Notes: generated by a model not told the origin, from the letters alone. DNA of 63,365 nucleotides, filler included, from Reticulomyxa filosa (GCA_000512085.1; 27 parts of 27 records of this genome joined end to end with filler, not necessarily neighbours in it), one strand, 5' to 3'. Positions 25,161 through 39,846 are shown, counted from the first letter of the whole stretch. A program made the numbers and translations.

Positions 25161-28100
25161 AGTAGATATTATTCACATACATATATAAAAATACTTTTTG
25201 ATTTGTTGCAAAAAAAAGAAAAAAATATGTCACTCAAAAAGATAATCGATATGACCTTGTCTTTGTGATGACTGAACAGTGACCCGACTATATTTTTGGA
25301 AGAAAACAGAAAATACTACACTCGTCAGGCCATCCTAAGTTTGTGAGAAATGCTTGCAGAAGAAGTAATGGAAGGCAGAGTGGACACGGTCACATTAGAC
25401 AAGCACAATGGCGATTGGAGCAGGCGACAACTAATCGCAATGATATTGGAAGAAGCAGATGACGACGCAGATGGAAATAAAGACAACGAATATAGCGATC
25501 AAGCAAATGAACAAGAAGACCCATTGAAAGACTCCAATCTGCTTCCTTGGGCCAAAGAGGATGCCTTTGTCGAACAAGTGTATATGCAACATCAACAACA
25601 AAAGTTTAAAAGTGAGTATTTTGAAAAATCCAGACATTCCACACGGGCATCAAATTGAAGAGGACGATGCGGTCGCTTTGCTTCGGGTCATTTTGGAAAG
25701 AAGAAAATATTATCGCTTCCATCCAATAGGCAAAACCATTTGTTTCACTGTCACGCATTTCCAAGCTGATTTAACCATTCCAAAGATCATTTTAGTGCAT
25801 AAAAAGCGACAGAGAATCGGTTTACAAATAAATATTTTTTCAATCTTCTTTTTTAAAAATTTCTTTTATGTTCATTCAATTTCATTGGCTTTATGTGTTG
25901 TCGATAAGATCCAATCATAGCCCTTCGATTGATATGCTATCAATGTTTGACACGGCTGCCAATGACACTGTTAAGTCAAACAAATAAAACTTTTTTTATT
26001 TGTTTGTTTGAAATAGTAAATAGTGGTTTTGTTTGAGCCAACACAGCAATCCAATACGAGTGAGTGAACATGACACTGAGCAAGACACGAGTAGATCAAA
26101 TACATCAATTGATATCTCAATCGCTGTTGAATCGGTTGCGAACAACACTGAACAATATGTCCAAGTAATGTCAACACATTTTATATTTTTTTGTTTTTCA
26201 ACAAAATATATATGTATATATGTTGNNNNNNNNNNNNNNNNNNNNNNNNNNNNNNNNNNNNNNNNNNNNTTAATTAATTAANNNNNNNNNNNNNNNNNNN
26301 NNNNNNNNNNNNNNNNNNNNNNNNNTTTTTTGAAATGATTTATTATTTTTCCTTTAGTGACGATTTTTTTGTTGAAGAAAAAAAGTTTCCCTTTTTAGAA
26401 AAACTTCTCTTGGATATTATAAATATGGTTTTGGCTCTCCTCTTCAAACAACCTAACAAAGCAAACCTCTACAACATGGAACTCGCTCTTGAGAGTTTCT
26501 TTACCAATGCTCTCCTTTGTAAAGTGCAACAGTTGCCGAAAAAGAAAATAATCAGTGTAAATCCAATACACCCAAAACAACACTATTCGAAAAAAAGATG
26601 CTATCACCGCGGCCAAAACAAATACACTTTCCTATTGTGGTCTCTCCTGACATTGGTAACATTCAGGTTGACATGTACATCTATCTTCACAGTCAAGAGA
26701 GTACATCAATTTTTTTGTTGTTTCATTCAATCTGTTTAGTAAGGTCATGTTTTTATGTATTTTTTTATCACTTTATTGTGACCAAACGCACTTCAAATTT
26801 AATACTTCAATTCCTTGACTATCCAGAATACTTTCGTTATCTTATAAAAAGGATTCTGAGAAACAATGCGTTGGTAATGATTAAATTTGGGATGGAGTTG
26901 AAAAGTTCCTTATCATCAATGGAAAAATATCTAATACTGGATACGAGAAAAACAGAGAAAAAACCACAGGTAAATGTATACACAATCAACCTGATGATAT
27001 TTGGCATGTACATCTTCAGCAGCACCAAAAAAACAAGCGATTTGCTACTATTACAACAAAAATATTTAGACAAAATTATAATTTCTGAACATTCCAGGGG
27101 TGGAGATCGGATTGAAAAATATTATTTTTTTTTTTGTGTTGATGATGAAAAAGTAGTCGCTAAGGGGGAGAAACAACGTATACAATAACCTGTCAAAAAC
27201 ACACATCTTTTTTAATTTTTTTTTAAGTCTGATTCTTATCAAAAAGGTATTCAAAAAAAAAAAAGAACTCTCCATGGAACTCCAGCAGTGGAAAGAAGTA
27301 AACTTGATAATCGTCGACAAAGTTTGCAATTGTCAAGATCCTTCAAAGTGGATAACGAAAAAAGGGATCATCAAAAAGAAAAACATGACACCACAATTAC
27401 GACCAGTGACAGAAACACTACAGCGACGGTTGGGTGCGTTAAGACCGCAGCATACTCCAAGTCACAATGAAGAAATATTCTTCGAAGTGGGCGATTGTGT
27501 CTTGCTTAAAGACATACTCTGACTTTGGCAAAGGTGAAAAATTTGTCACTGTGGAACTTAACAAATGGGATGATGTGTCGAAAAATAGAAATTGCAAACC
27601 GGACGAGGATTTAAAGACATTAGCAAGGTTTTCAAGATCCCTTCCAAACTAAAATATTTGGACCTGAGTTATCTGTTGAACGAAGAGTACCATCCACGAA
27701 CGAGCAACAGAGTCGTCATGGAAGAAGGGTCTAAGATTTTGGAAGCAATGATTGAAAAATTGCAATTGAATGANNNNNNNNNNNNNNNNNNNNNNNNNNN
27801 NNNNNNNNNNNNNNNNNTTAATTAATTAANNNNNNNNNNNNNNNNNNNNNNNNNNNNNNNNNNNNNNNNNNNNTGTCTTTCTATTGGTCGCCGAATAATT
27901 GTCGAATATTACTGTTATGACTGCAAAAATGGAATCAAACAAAATGCATACAATACATACCATATATATGTGTATTAAGATATATGTATATGTATTTTTT
28001 TAATTATATACATTTACAATGTTCGTTACAATATCTTTGTCTATTCCTCTCCTCATTTTACTCTTCATTTAACTAGTATTTGCTGCCGATTCAAATCGTT

Positions 28101-28509
28101 CACACATTTTCTATATTCGATCGACAACAGATAAACAACTGAAACAGCATGTGCTGGCTTTGGCTTTTTTTTCTCACTGCTTCCGCTTTCGTCATACTGT
28201 GCCTTCACCTCGACGTTCTCTTCTACACGCTTCCGCTTTGAGCTTTTCAGCTTCTATGAGACTTGTGATGGCCAAAAGGGGTTGATCTGCCACTACCATG
28301 TGAAGTTTTCGGCAGGGGAGCGTGCTTTTCAGTCATTATCTTCAAATTTAAAAGAGGGAGTTTCAACTTACCAAGTTTCAAACAAAACCAAAACGTTTTT
28401 ATAATTTGTCAATTTTTTTTTTCTTAAGCACATGCTATCAAGATATTCTTTTTTAAATAACTTCAACTTGTATAATCACTTGCCCGCACATTCAATAAAA
28501 ACAAAAAAA

Positions 28510-29890
28510 ATGTCCAAAGAAATCAGAAAAAAAAAAGATGAATTAAAGTCACAAAATGATGTGTAAGAAAATCAATTGAAAATAGTGACAAAACTACTTC
28601 GCGAACAGCTGGAAATAAAAGATCGTAAATGGTACCTAAAAACATACAAAACCTGTTTTGTGGGGAGTGAAGCAGTGTCACTGACCGTATGCTCAGGTGT
28701 AGCAAAGACACTCGAGCAAGCAATGAAATATGAGTTGATGCCTGCAGCGAACGTGACAAAGGATCACAACTTCAAAGACGATAACTTGTACTATCGTTTT
28801 GTAAAGGACGAAGTCAGCCAAGGCGAAAAAGATAAAAACGAAGAGACCTCACAAGGCTGGAGCTGGAAGATTTGGTTCCAGTGTTGTTTCGAACCGAGCA
28901 ACTAATCGACTAATCGACTTGCAAGCCAAAGTCTAAGACTTATCGTTGGAAGTTGGAAATGCCAAATTTACCGAAAACGACAGGTTTGGCATTTGGCCAG
29001 TGAGCACGTGCAGTGATCGCGACCGGGGGACATCAGTCGGTTCCGATCATGGACACCATAGAATACTTGACCAATTATTCGTTGTGTAATTTAACGAAGT
29101 TGCGGCCAAAATGGCCGTGATCGGATCGGGACGATTGGCTGCGAAATCGTCCAAGCGTTTACACTATTTGGTTCGCACGTGATTGTTCTCAATCGAACAC
29201 TTGGAAAAGATGATCACGAGGCTGCTCAAGTGGTAAGTGGATCGATTGAATCGTATGGTGTCCATTTTATGCTTGCAAAGAAAAAAAAGTGGAAGAACTC
29301 ATCGTCGACGAAATGCTGATCGCAACAGGGAAAAAGTCCAATATTGAAAATATGGGATTTGAAAAGATAGTGTTAAATTCGATATGTTTATAGATGAATT
29401 GAAGTAAATGACTTATTTGCAAACTTCCAATAGCAATGCATAAGCCGTTGGCGATTGTTGCACGAGATATCAGTTTACTCATATGGCCATTGCGATGACC
29501 AGAATGGTCATTCGCAATGCTATATTCTTTGGTCGTGCCAAATACAGTGATTTGGTTATCCAGTGGCTCAAATACACATTTCTGGAAGTAGCGTATGTGG
29601 GGTTGTACGAAGGAGATCTACAAACCCGTCGCATCGACTATGACATGATCAAAATAGTCTTGGATCACAGTGATATAGCCATTTGCGAAGATGAGATTAG
29701 TGGTTTGTCAAAATATTGATCAAAAAAAGATCGGACCAATATTTGGATGAGCCATTATTCGCGAAAACGCTAGTAGTCAAATCGATGAAGTCACTCTAGC
29801 CATTCAAACTAACACCGGAGTTATCCATCTGTAGGAAAAATTGTCAAAGTTGGTGATGCTTACAATCTCACTTGGCTTACTCCTGTTAGC
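28510..29890 (+). pseudogene. DEP domain fused to a mercuric-reductase-like class I pyridine nucleotide-disulfide oxidoreductase, pseudogene
   Basis: DEP: IKDRKWYLKTYKTCFVGSEAV...DHNFKDDNLYYRF. Oxidoreductase: RAVIATGG, EYLTN, VIGSGRIGCEIVQAF, MLIATGKKSN, AVGDC..YQFTHMA, RNAIFFGRAK and EVAYVG. Stops, frameshifts and no CxxxxC segment. Confidence 0.8.
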
Positions 29891-30219
29891 AATAGATACC
29901 AAAAATACGAACTAAAAAGAAAATTCAGCTTTTTGTGAGGATAAAAGGCAACTTGAACACTTCCCTTTAGCTTTTAAAAGCTTTTGATAACTTTAGTTTA
30001 AATTCAAAAATTTAAATCATGTAATGGGACGCAAAATCCTCAACGGTCGTTATAAATAGGCAAAACCTTGGGTAATGGATCCTTTGGAAGTTTGTTGTTA
30101 TTTTTTTTACGTGTTTCTGNNNNNNNNNNNNNNNNNNNNNNNNNNNNNNNNNNNNNNNNNNNNTTAATTAATTAANNNNNNNNNNNNNNNNNNNNNNNNN
30201 NNNNNNNNNNNNNNNNNNN

Positions 30220-31540
30220 AATGTCACCAAACAAGATGATAGAAGGACAGCGAGAGGCCTTTGGAAACGAGCAAAAGGTAGGTACTTTGCTGAGAAAGTA
30301 GACCATATTCAAAAAATTCATATACGACACATATACATATATATATATATACGTAATTTGTATGCGTATATATAGAATCAACTGGAAAGACAAATAATAT
30401 CCGTGTTCAAAAACGCAGAATCACAATTTTTAGGCAAACGAACGCCTACATCGTGAAGCGTTGCAAATGATGCAAAACAAATGGGAAAACTGGAAGGCGA
30501 GTTGAGCGCGCAAAAGGAGTTGTACGCGATGTGTTTGACACAGCTGCAGGACATGATCGTACTGACGGAAGAGTTTGAAAAAAAGAAATAACAGTTTAAT
30601 CGAAAGATGGACGAAGCACATGAACAAGTAAAAGCAAGCAAAGACCGTCTAGATCAATTAATCAAAGCGTATGAAGAACGACTACGTATACTAAAAGAAG
30701 AACTGGAAGAACACAAGAAAAAAAAACATGTTAACACAAGAGCTAGCGAGCCAGAAAGAAACATTCAAAACCAACACAAGCGGCGAATTGGTGGAACATA
30801 AAAACGAACTCAAAAATCATAAAGAAACGATTGGCAATTTGCAGAAGCTAGTGAAATCATTGAAAACAGAAAAAGAAACTGTTGAAAAAAAATTGGACCA
30901 AAGTCAAACACAATGACTTGGAATTCAACAGATTCAATCCAAAATGGAAAGCGATTTGACCAAATCCATCCAAGAGCGTATGGATGCTATCAAAACGAGC
31001 AAACAAATGCGGATTTCAGAAGAAAAAGTGTATAAAGAAATGATGGAGTGGAAATGTAAATACAATGAGCTAAAAGAAATCACGTTTCGAAATGATTCGA
31101 ATGTAAAGAATTAAAAGCAAAAATTTCGGAATTAGAAGCTGAAAATGTCCGATTGGCTGGACATCATAATGCCCAACAACGTATAAATCATTTGTTGGAT
31201 TTGAAGAAGGAAATTAATCAATTAAAACAAACGAATAGGCTGTTGATCAACAAACTCAATAAATATGAAAGGTAACTCAATACGCATACGTACTTATATT
31301 CGTATATACCGTATGCATATAATACTTATTTTTTTAATGGGATAACGTTGGCAACAGAAATTCGCTATCCTCGTCCGTTGCTTCTTTCGACCATGCGTAC
31401 TACGCTAATGACTGATCCTGTTGAAGATGACGCGCTCAAAAAAAAGTTGGAAGAGATGCAATTTGAAAAAATTAAATATGATAAACTAATGGAACAACTT
31501 GGCCGTGCCATTTGCAAAGCAGCACAGAAGAGGTTACATG
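30220..31540 (+). pseudogene. Coiled-coil tail with HMMR_C / kinesin-12 (KIF15)-type C-terminal motif, probably a pseudogene
   Basis: Long heptad-rich sequence ending in LEAENVRLAGHHNAQQRINHLLDLKKEINQLK (about 31132-31227; family pattern L.GH.N..QKI.H...LK.E). Stops interrupt the apparent frame near 30454, 30588 and 30914. Confidence 0.6.
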
Positions 31541-32618
31541 TATAAAATATACACATATACATATAAATTACATTTTTGTCCGTTCTCTTCGTTNNNNNNN
31601 NNNNNNNNNNNNNNNNNNNNNNNNNNNNNNNNNNNNNTTAATTAATTAANNNNNNNNNNNNNNNNNNNNNNNNNNNNNNNNNNNNNNNNNNNNGTAGTTT
31701 TTAAATATGATATTGATTTTTTAATAACTTTTTTTATTGGATGAAATCGACATTCTTTTATTCCAGTTTATTTGCTTTGTATGCCGAATGATTCAAATTT
31801 TACTACTGATGCAATAAAATGAATTTTCTCAAAGACTACGAATGATACAAGCATAATTTTTTTTTAAAAGTATCTACGCGACTCGGAGATTTCTAAAATA
31901 TAAACAAAAAAATTTGAAATATTAATTTTTCATTGAGAAAATCAATTATCATCATAAGATATGTTTTAGGCATTCAGTTTTCTTTGCAACTTACTGTAAA
32001 TAACAAATTATTATTGCTTCGATCAATTACTGTAAGCGTGTTATAAGTATCATTATATCATTCGATTATAATTTTATTATTTTGGTTTTCTATTAACGTT
32101 ATCTTTTGATTCTAATCAGTTGACAATTGCTTGTCTTCATATTTACTTTAACTTTCATTGCCATTTTCATTTTATTATGATAAGAATGTCAATCTAAATT
32201 ATTACATACTATTATATAGTCTTTGTATTTAACAAAACGGTAAATGCGCTTTAATGTCTGGATATCATGATTTACTATGTGAAAACACAGCAATATAATC
32301 GCAAACTCATCAAGCAAACAACACATGACGAGTTAGTACCTTAGATGATCAGATTTTAACTTGTATATGTAATATAAAATTTCACGTAACGTAAATTATT
32401 TTTTTTGCTGGCTCGAATAACAAGAGAAAGTGTACGTAAATTGCAAATAGTAACCTTGTAAGTCGATATTTGATAAAAATGTATCATCGAATTAAAAAGA
32501 ATAAATGTTGTAGAAGAAAAGAAAAGAGTGTTGACAACAAGAAAGACAAAAATTGTTTCATAAACAAAATAGCAATTTTTGTGAATATTTACGTTGCAAC
32601 ATAATAAAAAAAAGTGTA

Positions 32619-34480
32619 TTATTCATCACTAGAATCATTATCATTGCTAGCCTGCTGTAAAACATCTTTGGTGCTTTGGCTTATGGGAACAATTCCCTTT
32701 TTTTTTGCTTGTTTTGCCCTTCGTGACAGACCTGCGTGGAACAGGAATTTCTCACATGCCTTAGGATATTTTGTTGTAATTACATAGTGAGAAGAAGTGT
32801 ACCCAAAAGCATACACAACATAAATATAAACATATACGTGTATATGACAAAACTTCTTGTCGCTTCAGCGCTTCGGTGGTTTCATCAGACATGTCCGGTG
32901 TGGAATAGGTAATAATAAAATGGACAAACAACAAGGTCAAGCATGAAGTGAAAAAGAATCCCCACAGCCAGTGGTTTCCATTTCCGAACGTGTCTTTGAC
33001 AGTGGATGTCCTCCATGTGACCAAAGCCATATTCGAAAAGATGGCGACCACGTTGAAGCTGCTTAAAACAGGTTTCCAGACCCCAATGCCATTGCTTGCA
33101 AAAGGAATAGGCCGTCTCGACTCGATCAGATTGTAGAAATCAACTCGGTATTCCAATAAGTTATTGGTGATCAATAGCACAGGCATAAGTGGAAACACGA
33201 CAATGAACAGCACGACATAGCCATGCAGCACCACAATTTCGGCAGTGTTGTCCAACACACTTGGGCTGGGTGATTTTTTCACCTGCTGCCAAACATCCAC
33301 CCAAACTGACTCCTCGATCTTCTCTTGGTCATGTTTGTCGTTGGCCACTATCTCCATTGCTTCTGTCGCCTCTTATTTTTTGGTAAGACCACGTGACAAA
33401 TTAACAATTCAAAACAAGCAAAACATTGAAGGACTGTTCCCAATTCTTGTCAAATCATATATACATATTATGTGCATATGTATCGTATATGTATTGTACC
33501 AGCATTTTCGGGCATTCGAGTGTATTGTCCGGCATTGTTGCGTGCTTGACGGTAGGCATTAATGGCGCTATAGACAAAACAAGGATGTGTGTGTGTGTGT
33601 GTGTGTGTGTAGGGGAATTGCATGTTGATGGCCACAGCCAATGATCAAATGAAGAAAAAAACACAAGGAAAAAAAAAGCAAACTTCAATAATTTGGGGAA
33701 AATACTTCCATAAAGTTTTGAATGAAGATGGCCATCAAAAAGATGACGACCAGTTGCATACGCACGGCTTGCAGACAATCTTGATTCGAGTCCCATGTTT
33801 GGTAGAAGGCCAAATAGAACAGAGAATTGAACGAGTTGACAATGTAAAACAGGATGCGTTTGATCACCAAAGAGTTGTAGTATTCTTGTTCCAAGCGATG
33901 ATTTTCAAAGTTGTTCAACCACAAAGAGATGTTTACATAAAGGTAATTAAACACCTATCAATAATATATAAACATATTCATGTATATAGACATATATGTT
34001 TATATATATATATTGTTATTTTTTGAGTAACATTACATTATAATCAACCTATCGGAAAGTCGCAAATGAAAAGAATGAAAAGTGAAAAAAAATAAAAATA
34101 AAAAATACTTGAATTTGAACAGCGTTGACAATACCGACCCACAATCGATTGGTACTGTCTTTATAAGCGGTTTGCAGATTCCAAATTTGGACGACGACGA
34201 CCACGACGCAGGCCATGCAAAACGTGACAGCGCTCATTGCGCTGGCGATTTTGAAATAGTACATGGTTTTGGATTGATACGTGTATTCCAATGCGCCGTT
34301 ACCCGGCGAGATCCTCAGCACCCCTGCAAAGCCGGCACGTGGGGTTTCCATCCGTTGATAGTTGGTCATGCCCCACTCGTATTGCAAGCGACTTTCCAAA
34401 CGATACCATTGTTCCAGCATTACGGTCGACCATGTGAGACCACCCAAGATTATCACTTTCACACACACACATATACATAT

Positions 34481-34511
<31 letters not shown>

Positions 34512-35889
34512 TATCATAATGTTTCAAAACAAAAAAAAGATAAGATAGACAAATTCATTCGAATAGACTACAAAACCGAAAGAGCCGCGAATGACAATCT
34601 CACTCAAAGACACTTGGATGATAAACCACAACGCTCCGATGGGTGCAATGTATAGCAGATACCGCTGGTAGTGCAGCAGGAACGCGAAATAGAAGGCGAT
34701 CAACTCACCGTAGTAATCGCGGATTTGATCGATCTGACTGAATTGCTTCCGCAGACCTAGCGCAAACAACTTTTTGCCTGGCGGCAAATGCGTCATCCAA
34801 TCTTCATCATGCACTGCAAAGGTGTATTGCAAAGGATGATGCGGATTTGTCGCTTGCTTATTCACATTATAGCCGGCGCCACCAGTCTTTTTTTTGTCAC
34901 AAAACAAAACATTATTTTGTACATGTTACAAAAAAAAAAAGGGGTCCAACTGAACTTTAATATCATCGGTGATCATGTCATACAACACTCGCAAATATAA
35001 ACGATTGCTCAACACGGAAGAGTTATGCTCGTTTTTTTGGTAAATGCGACGATGCAAAGAACTTTCAAACGGAATGTGGATGTGCTCCCAGTCGCTCATC
35101 GGCAGGTAGTTTTCCTTTGCCTTGTTGTCGTGGTTGTACGATCTGCACGACTCACATACGTGGCTCTGCTCCGATGCGAGCAATGTATTGTGCGCTAATT
35201 TAAAGTGACCTAATTTTCGTCCCTCTTTGATTGCTTCTGTCGGATTGATCTCCAACACTAATTCACGTTCTGCTGCATATCTCTCTACTTCCTCTTTTTT
35301 TTTTTTTTGGAGGAGGGGGGGGACCAAGACAAAAACAAAACAAAATTAAAAAAATATATATGTTTTCTTTTTTTTAAAAAAAAAAAGGGGGGTGTGAGAA
35401 AAAAAACTCAACTAAAGTCAGCCCAAATAAGCACACAGATCAAATCGGGCTCGTTTTTGCTTGTTGCGATGCAATAGTGAAAAACTTGCTCCTTTGCTGC
35501 GTTCAGCTTTTTTGTCAAACCACTCAACAAATTTTCTCGCTCTGCATCACTCAACTCACATGTCAGTGCTCTATTTATTGGTCCATTTTTTTTTTTTTTT
35601 TTTTTTGCACGCTTCTCTATTTTCCTTCCTTTAGATTTAGCTCTTAAGACGAAAAAAAGGACAGATAGAGGATGGAAACAATATGAAACACAAAAAAATT
35701 TTTTTTTTTTGGTAAGATCAACTCTTGGAAATATTTGTGTGCCTGGTTTTGTACAAAGTCTTTCTTTTCTTCCACTTTCAGGCAGTTTCCATCAACGTGG
35801 ACTTTATACTTTGCTGTCTCACGTGCGAATACAAAACAAAAACCCTCGAACGAATTTTCTTCATGATGATGTTCTTTGTGTGATTCCAT
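32619..35889 (-). CDS. Anoctamin/TMEM16 family Ca2+-activated channel or scramblase, multi-exon
   Basis: IRDYYGELIAFYFAFL, NNFENHRLEQEYYNSLVIKRILFYIVNSFNSLFYLAF, IQNFME and GYVVLFIVVFPL...NNLLEYRVD...RRPIPFASNGIGVW. The 5' exon assignment is less certain. Confidence 0.92.
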
Positions 35890-36729
35890 TGCAGAGTGCA
35901 AAATATGCCAAAAAATAGACTGAGTCTTTTTGACAAGGTCGTTCGTCTTTGGACAGGTCACAACTTATTCATCGCTTTGATGCAAGCGTTTTAAAATGAA
36001 AATGAATTCAGCTACAAATCAGTTAAGTAATACCTCTTTTTCATAATCAAAATTTTAATTGTCGGATTAGCTGTGTAATGAGACAAGCCGTGCAACATAA
36101 ACATATTTAATAAATAATAAAGTAGTGCTTCCACTCAAGAGTTTACAAATTAATATAAAATGTCGCACTTTCGAACAAATTTCAAAAAGAATTTTAAATA
36201 AATAAAAAAGCATGCACACACTTTTTCTAACCATATTCTTGCTAATATCAAGTCTTACTTTTTTTTATTAAAAGTTTCAAACAAAACACATTCTTTTGCA
36301 TTCAACACAGTATTAAGGCGGTTTACTAAACAAAATGTGTTGGTGTGAAATTTTAAACAAAGCAAACCAAAATAACATAATAATCTTTCTGTTCCATTAG
36401 TACTTAAAAAAAAAGGATTTTGATGTACTTGCCATGAATGAAAACAGGAGAAAAATGAAAAACGTGATATTTTTCTATCTAAAAAGTAATAATAACAAAG
36501 CATAATAAAAAAGTATGTTACATGGTCAAATCTATTTGAAAAATAGGGTTATATTACACATATACGCATATTTTGCAAAATTGCAGCGAGTAATTCGTTT
36601 TTGAAGCCCCATTTTAAAGCACAACGGCTCAAAGTATGCACAAAAAATGTTTCAAAACAACAAAGAGAGATGCACAAAAGCAAACTAGTTAACAAAACAA
36701 AAAAATGAAGTGGAGGACAAAGTGCACAA

Positions 36730-38328
36730 CTAGTGGCATTTCTTATAAAACAACACATAAGCACTTGAGTCTACAATTTCTGAAATTTTTGCAGGTTTGA
36801 CCGTTGAGTCATTGAAATAATACCATCGATCGGTTTTTGAATTCAATGCATAAGCAGTGTAGTGTCCACCACCGAGCCCACCAGAGTGACACTGTATAAC
36901 ATATATATACATATATATATTTTTGTAGGACCAATGCAGATATACAACAAACTACCAATCCAAAAAAAAAAAAATTCTTAACTGAAACTGCATACAAATC
37001 ATAAATAGGTTTAGATTGGAGTTCAGTATCAATGACATATTTACTCAAATCAAGACCACGAACAGGGAAATCAACGAGTGCACTGATTTTCTCTCCACGT
37101 CCACTGCGGTTCAATACCTGAAACCGTTTCAAATGTACAATCAGTATTTCTGGAAAAGACCATATGTCTAATTTTTTCATTGCTTCCATGTGCTTATTAC
37201 ATTTATTGCAAAACCAAGTGTCCGATTTGGTCAATTTTTCTTCTGCACACCAAGCATCGATGCAATCATACAACGTCAAAACCCCACTTTTTTTTTTAGT
37301 TTTCAGATGTTGTTCGAAATCTTCATAACTTCGATGTTTTGCAACCTAGTGTGCATTCACATATATATATGCATATGTACATACATATACATATACGAAT
37401 ATATGTTATATACGTACATATATACATATATTCGAATATATATGTATATATATATTTATGACAAGTAACTAAAACAAACAAGCACATAATGGAAAAAAAA
37501 AAGAGCAGCAAAAGAACTTTGTTAAACAAAGATTTGGCACATCCATCTCCTTCATAGTAATCGTTTTGCCATTCAATGGCAAAATTGAAACCGTCTTTGC
37601 GATATTTGGAATCGACGACTTGTAAGAAGAGTTGATCCATGGGAGCGATTGGAACGGGCTGAAGCTTGGTCGTTTTGAAGGAATAGGAATGATAAGGCAG
37701 CAGTAACAAGCGATATGGTAAGTGATTGAAGATTTGGGTCCACTCTTCTTCAGTTAAATCAAGAATGGGCTCATCCACGATCTCGAGTGTATCTTCACTG
37801 GTTTTCGTTTCTTTATCGGCATTGTTTGGTTTGAGTGGCCGCGGGTTTCGAATGTTCAGTTTGATTTGCAAGTTTTCCTTTTCCCAAGCTTTCTTCAATA
37901 AATCCGGAGTCCATTGAAAGAGTCGTTGGTAGATCACTCTATGAACGTCTCGACAAGTCTACGTCAAGGTTATGTATACATATATGTTTACATAAAAAGA
38001 TATTGCGGACATGAATACGTATTAAAAGACACCCCCTTTTCGACGTGACGAAACATGAATATTTAAAAATGTAAAAAGAAACGGGAGTCCAAAGGACGGA
38101 GATGCATCCCTCTGGCGCGACTTGCCATGGTCTGCATTTTCTTCTTTCAGAAAAGATTCGGGCGGACAGAAAACTACTTTTCCTAATTGCAGTCGCAAGT
38201 TTTTGGTTTCCATGTCTTCTTTGCTCACTTCCTTGTTCCAGTCACGTAATATATATGCTTTGTACGCTTGTCTGTCCCCGCAATCCGGCAGCATTGCCAG
38301 TACGGTATCTGGATCCAATTCATGATTC

Positions 38329-38330
<2 letters not shown>
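36730..38330 (-). CDS. Ubiquitin carboxyl-terminal hydrolase (USP4/11/15-like), C-terminal part
   Basis: LYDCI...EEKL...WFCNKC...AMKKLDIWSFPEILIVHLKRF, VDFP, YDLYAVS, His box HSGGLGGGHYTAYA, WYYFNDS and AYVLFY*. Confidence 0.93.
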
Positions 38331-38359
<29 letters not shown>

Positions 38360-39771
38360 NNNNNNNNNNNNNNNNNNNNNNNNNNNNNNNNNNNNNNNNN
38401 NNNTTAATTAATTAANNNNNNNNNNNNNNNNNNNNNNNNNNNNNNNNNNNNNNNNNNNNAAACCACAAAAAATGACCCAGTTTTGAAAAAACTCAACAAC
38501 GTCCCCAGTCATCATTTTTCATTCTTCAGAAAAAAAAACAATTGTTATGACATTTGGCTGGTCTGGTAATGATTAAATTGGTTCATATCCTTTTTTTTTT
38601 AATTATCATTCAAAAAAGTCAAATTAAAAAAAAACATCAATTATTAGAACATGATCAACAACAAAAAGCACAAACGAAATTGAACAAAAAATTATTTATT
38701 GAAAGCACACACATTTTACATAGTGTATGATCAACTCTTCGGCTTCTTCTTATTGTGAATTCTCTGTTGCTTTAAGTAACCCATTGCCAAAGATGCGGTT
38801 TGTTTTGTCGAATCCAAGGCCTGCGAAAACTGTGAAGACAATAATTGTCCCAGATATGAGTAGATAACATTAGCCATTTTCTTTTATAATACTTCACACC
38901 AGCTCGTTATTAAATTCTTTTAGTTTTTTTTCTTTTCTCTAACACAATCAAATCAAACATATACGTCACAGTATTTATTCTTTGCTTCCAAAGTACTTGT
39001 CCATAATGACGTATCCATAAAAATTTCATTATATTAAGTATTACACAATGACGAAGGGTAATCTTAAATAATTAGTCAATCGATCGCTGTTTGATTTGAT
39101 GAATATCCGATTCTTTTTTGCTCATCACCTTTAATTATGTGTATACGTGTTTACTATTATTTTCTTTTTACAGACACAATACAATCATTAACTTTGTGGA
39201 GAAAACAACATTAGATGATATACTCTAACATAATGAAAAATGTTTCTTGCTCAATAGTACGAATACCATTACAAATATCATTACTATCCATTCAAATAAC
39301 ATATAACATATCTTCTTTATGTTCTTTGATATGTCATCAATTTTAGTGTATAATGCTTCTATTCCTTGATTATTTCAATGCCGATATATATGTCATTGTG
39401 TTGCTTTTTGTATATTCCAAACATTTCTTTTGTCTTGTTAGTTGAGTCGTCATTCACCACTAAGACTTCTAACGTTTGACAAACCAGTGAAGTCAAACGC
39501 TCTTCAAGACAGATCTCACTGTTTCGAGTAGGTACAACCACGTTTTCTTGTTTCAATTCTTGTGTCATTTGTATAATAGTTTTCTTTTTAATGAGCCAAC
39601 TGTTAACGACTTACAACAACGCACAACATTTTTTGTTGTATCAAAAATTGAAACAAATTTAAATTCAAAGANNNNNNNNNNNNNNNNNNNNNNNNNNNNN
39701 NNNNNNNNNNNNNNNTTAATTAATTAANNNNNNNNNNNNNNNNNNNNNNNNNNNNNNNNNNNNNNNNNNNN

Positions 39772-39803
<32 letters not shown>

Positions 39804-39846
39804 ATATATATGTGTATATGTATATACACATATGTTTTTTAAATAA

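Noticed and set aside
28560-28570. TAA/TAG reassignment to an amino acid
   Set aside because: Intact genes end in TAA (WD40, anoctamin), TAG (USP) and TGA (eIF4G), and in-frame stops cluster in relics that also carry deletions and frameshifts.
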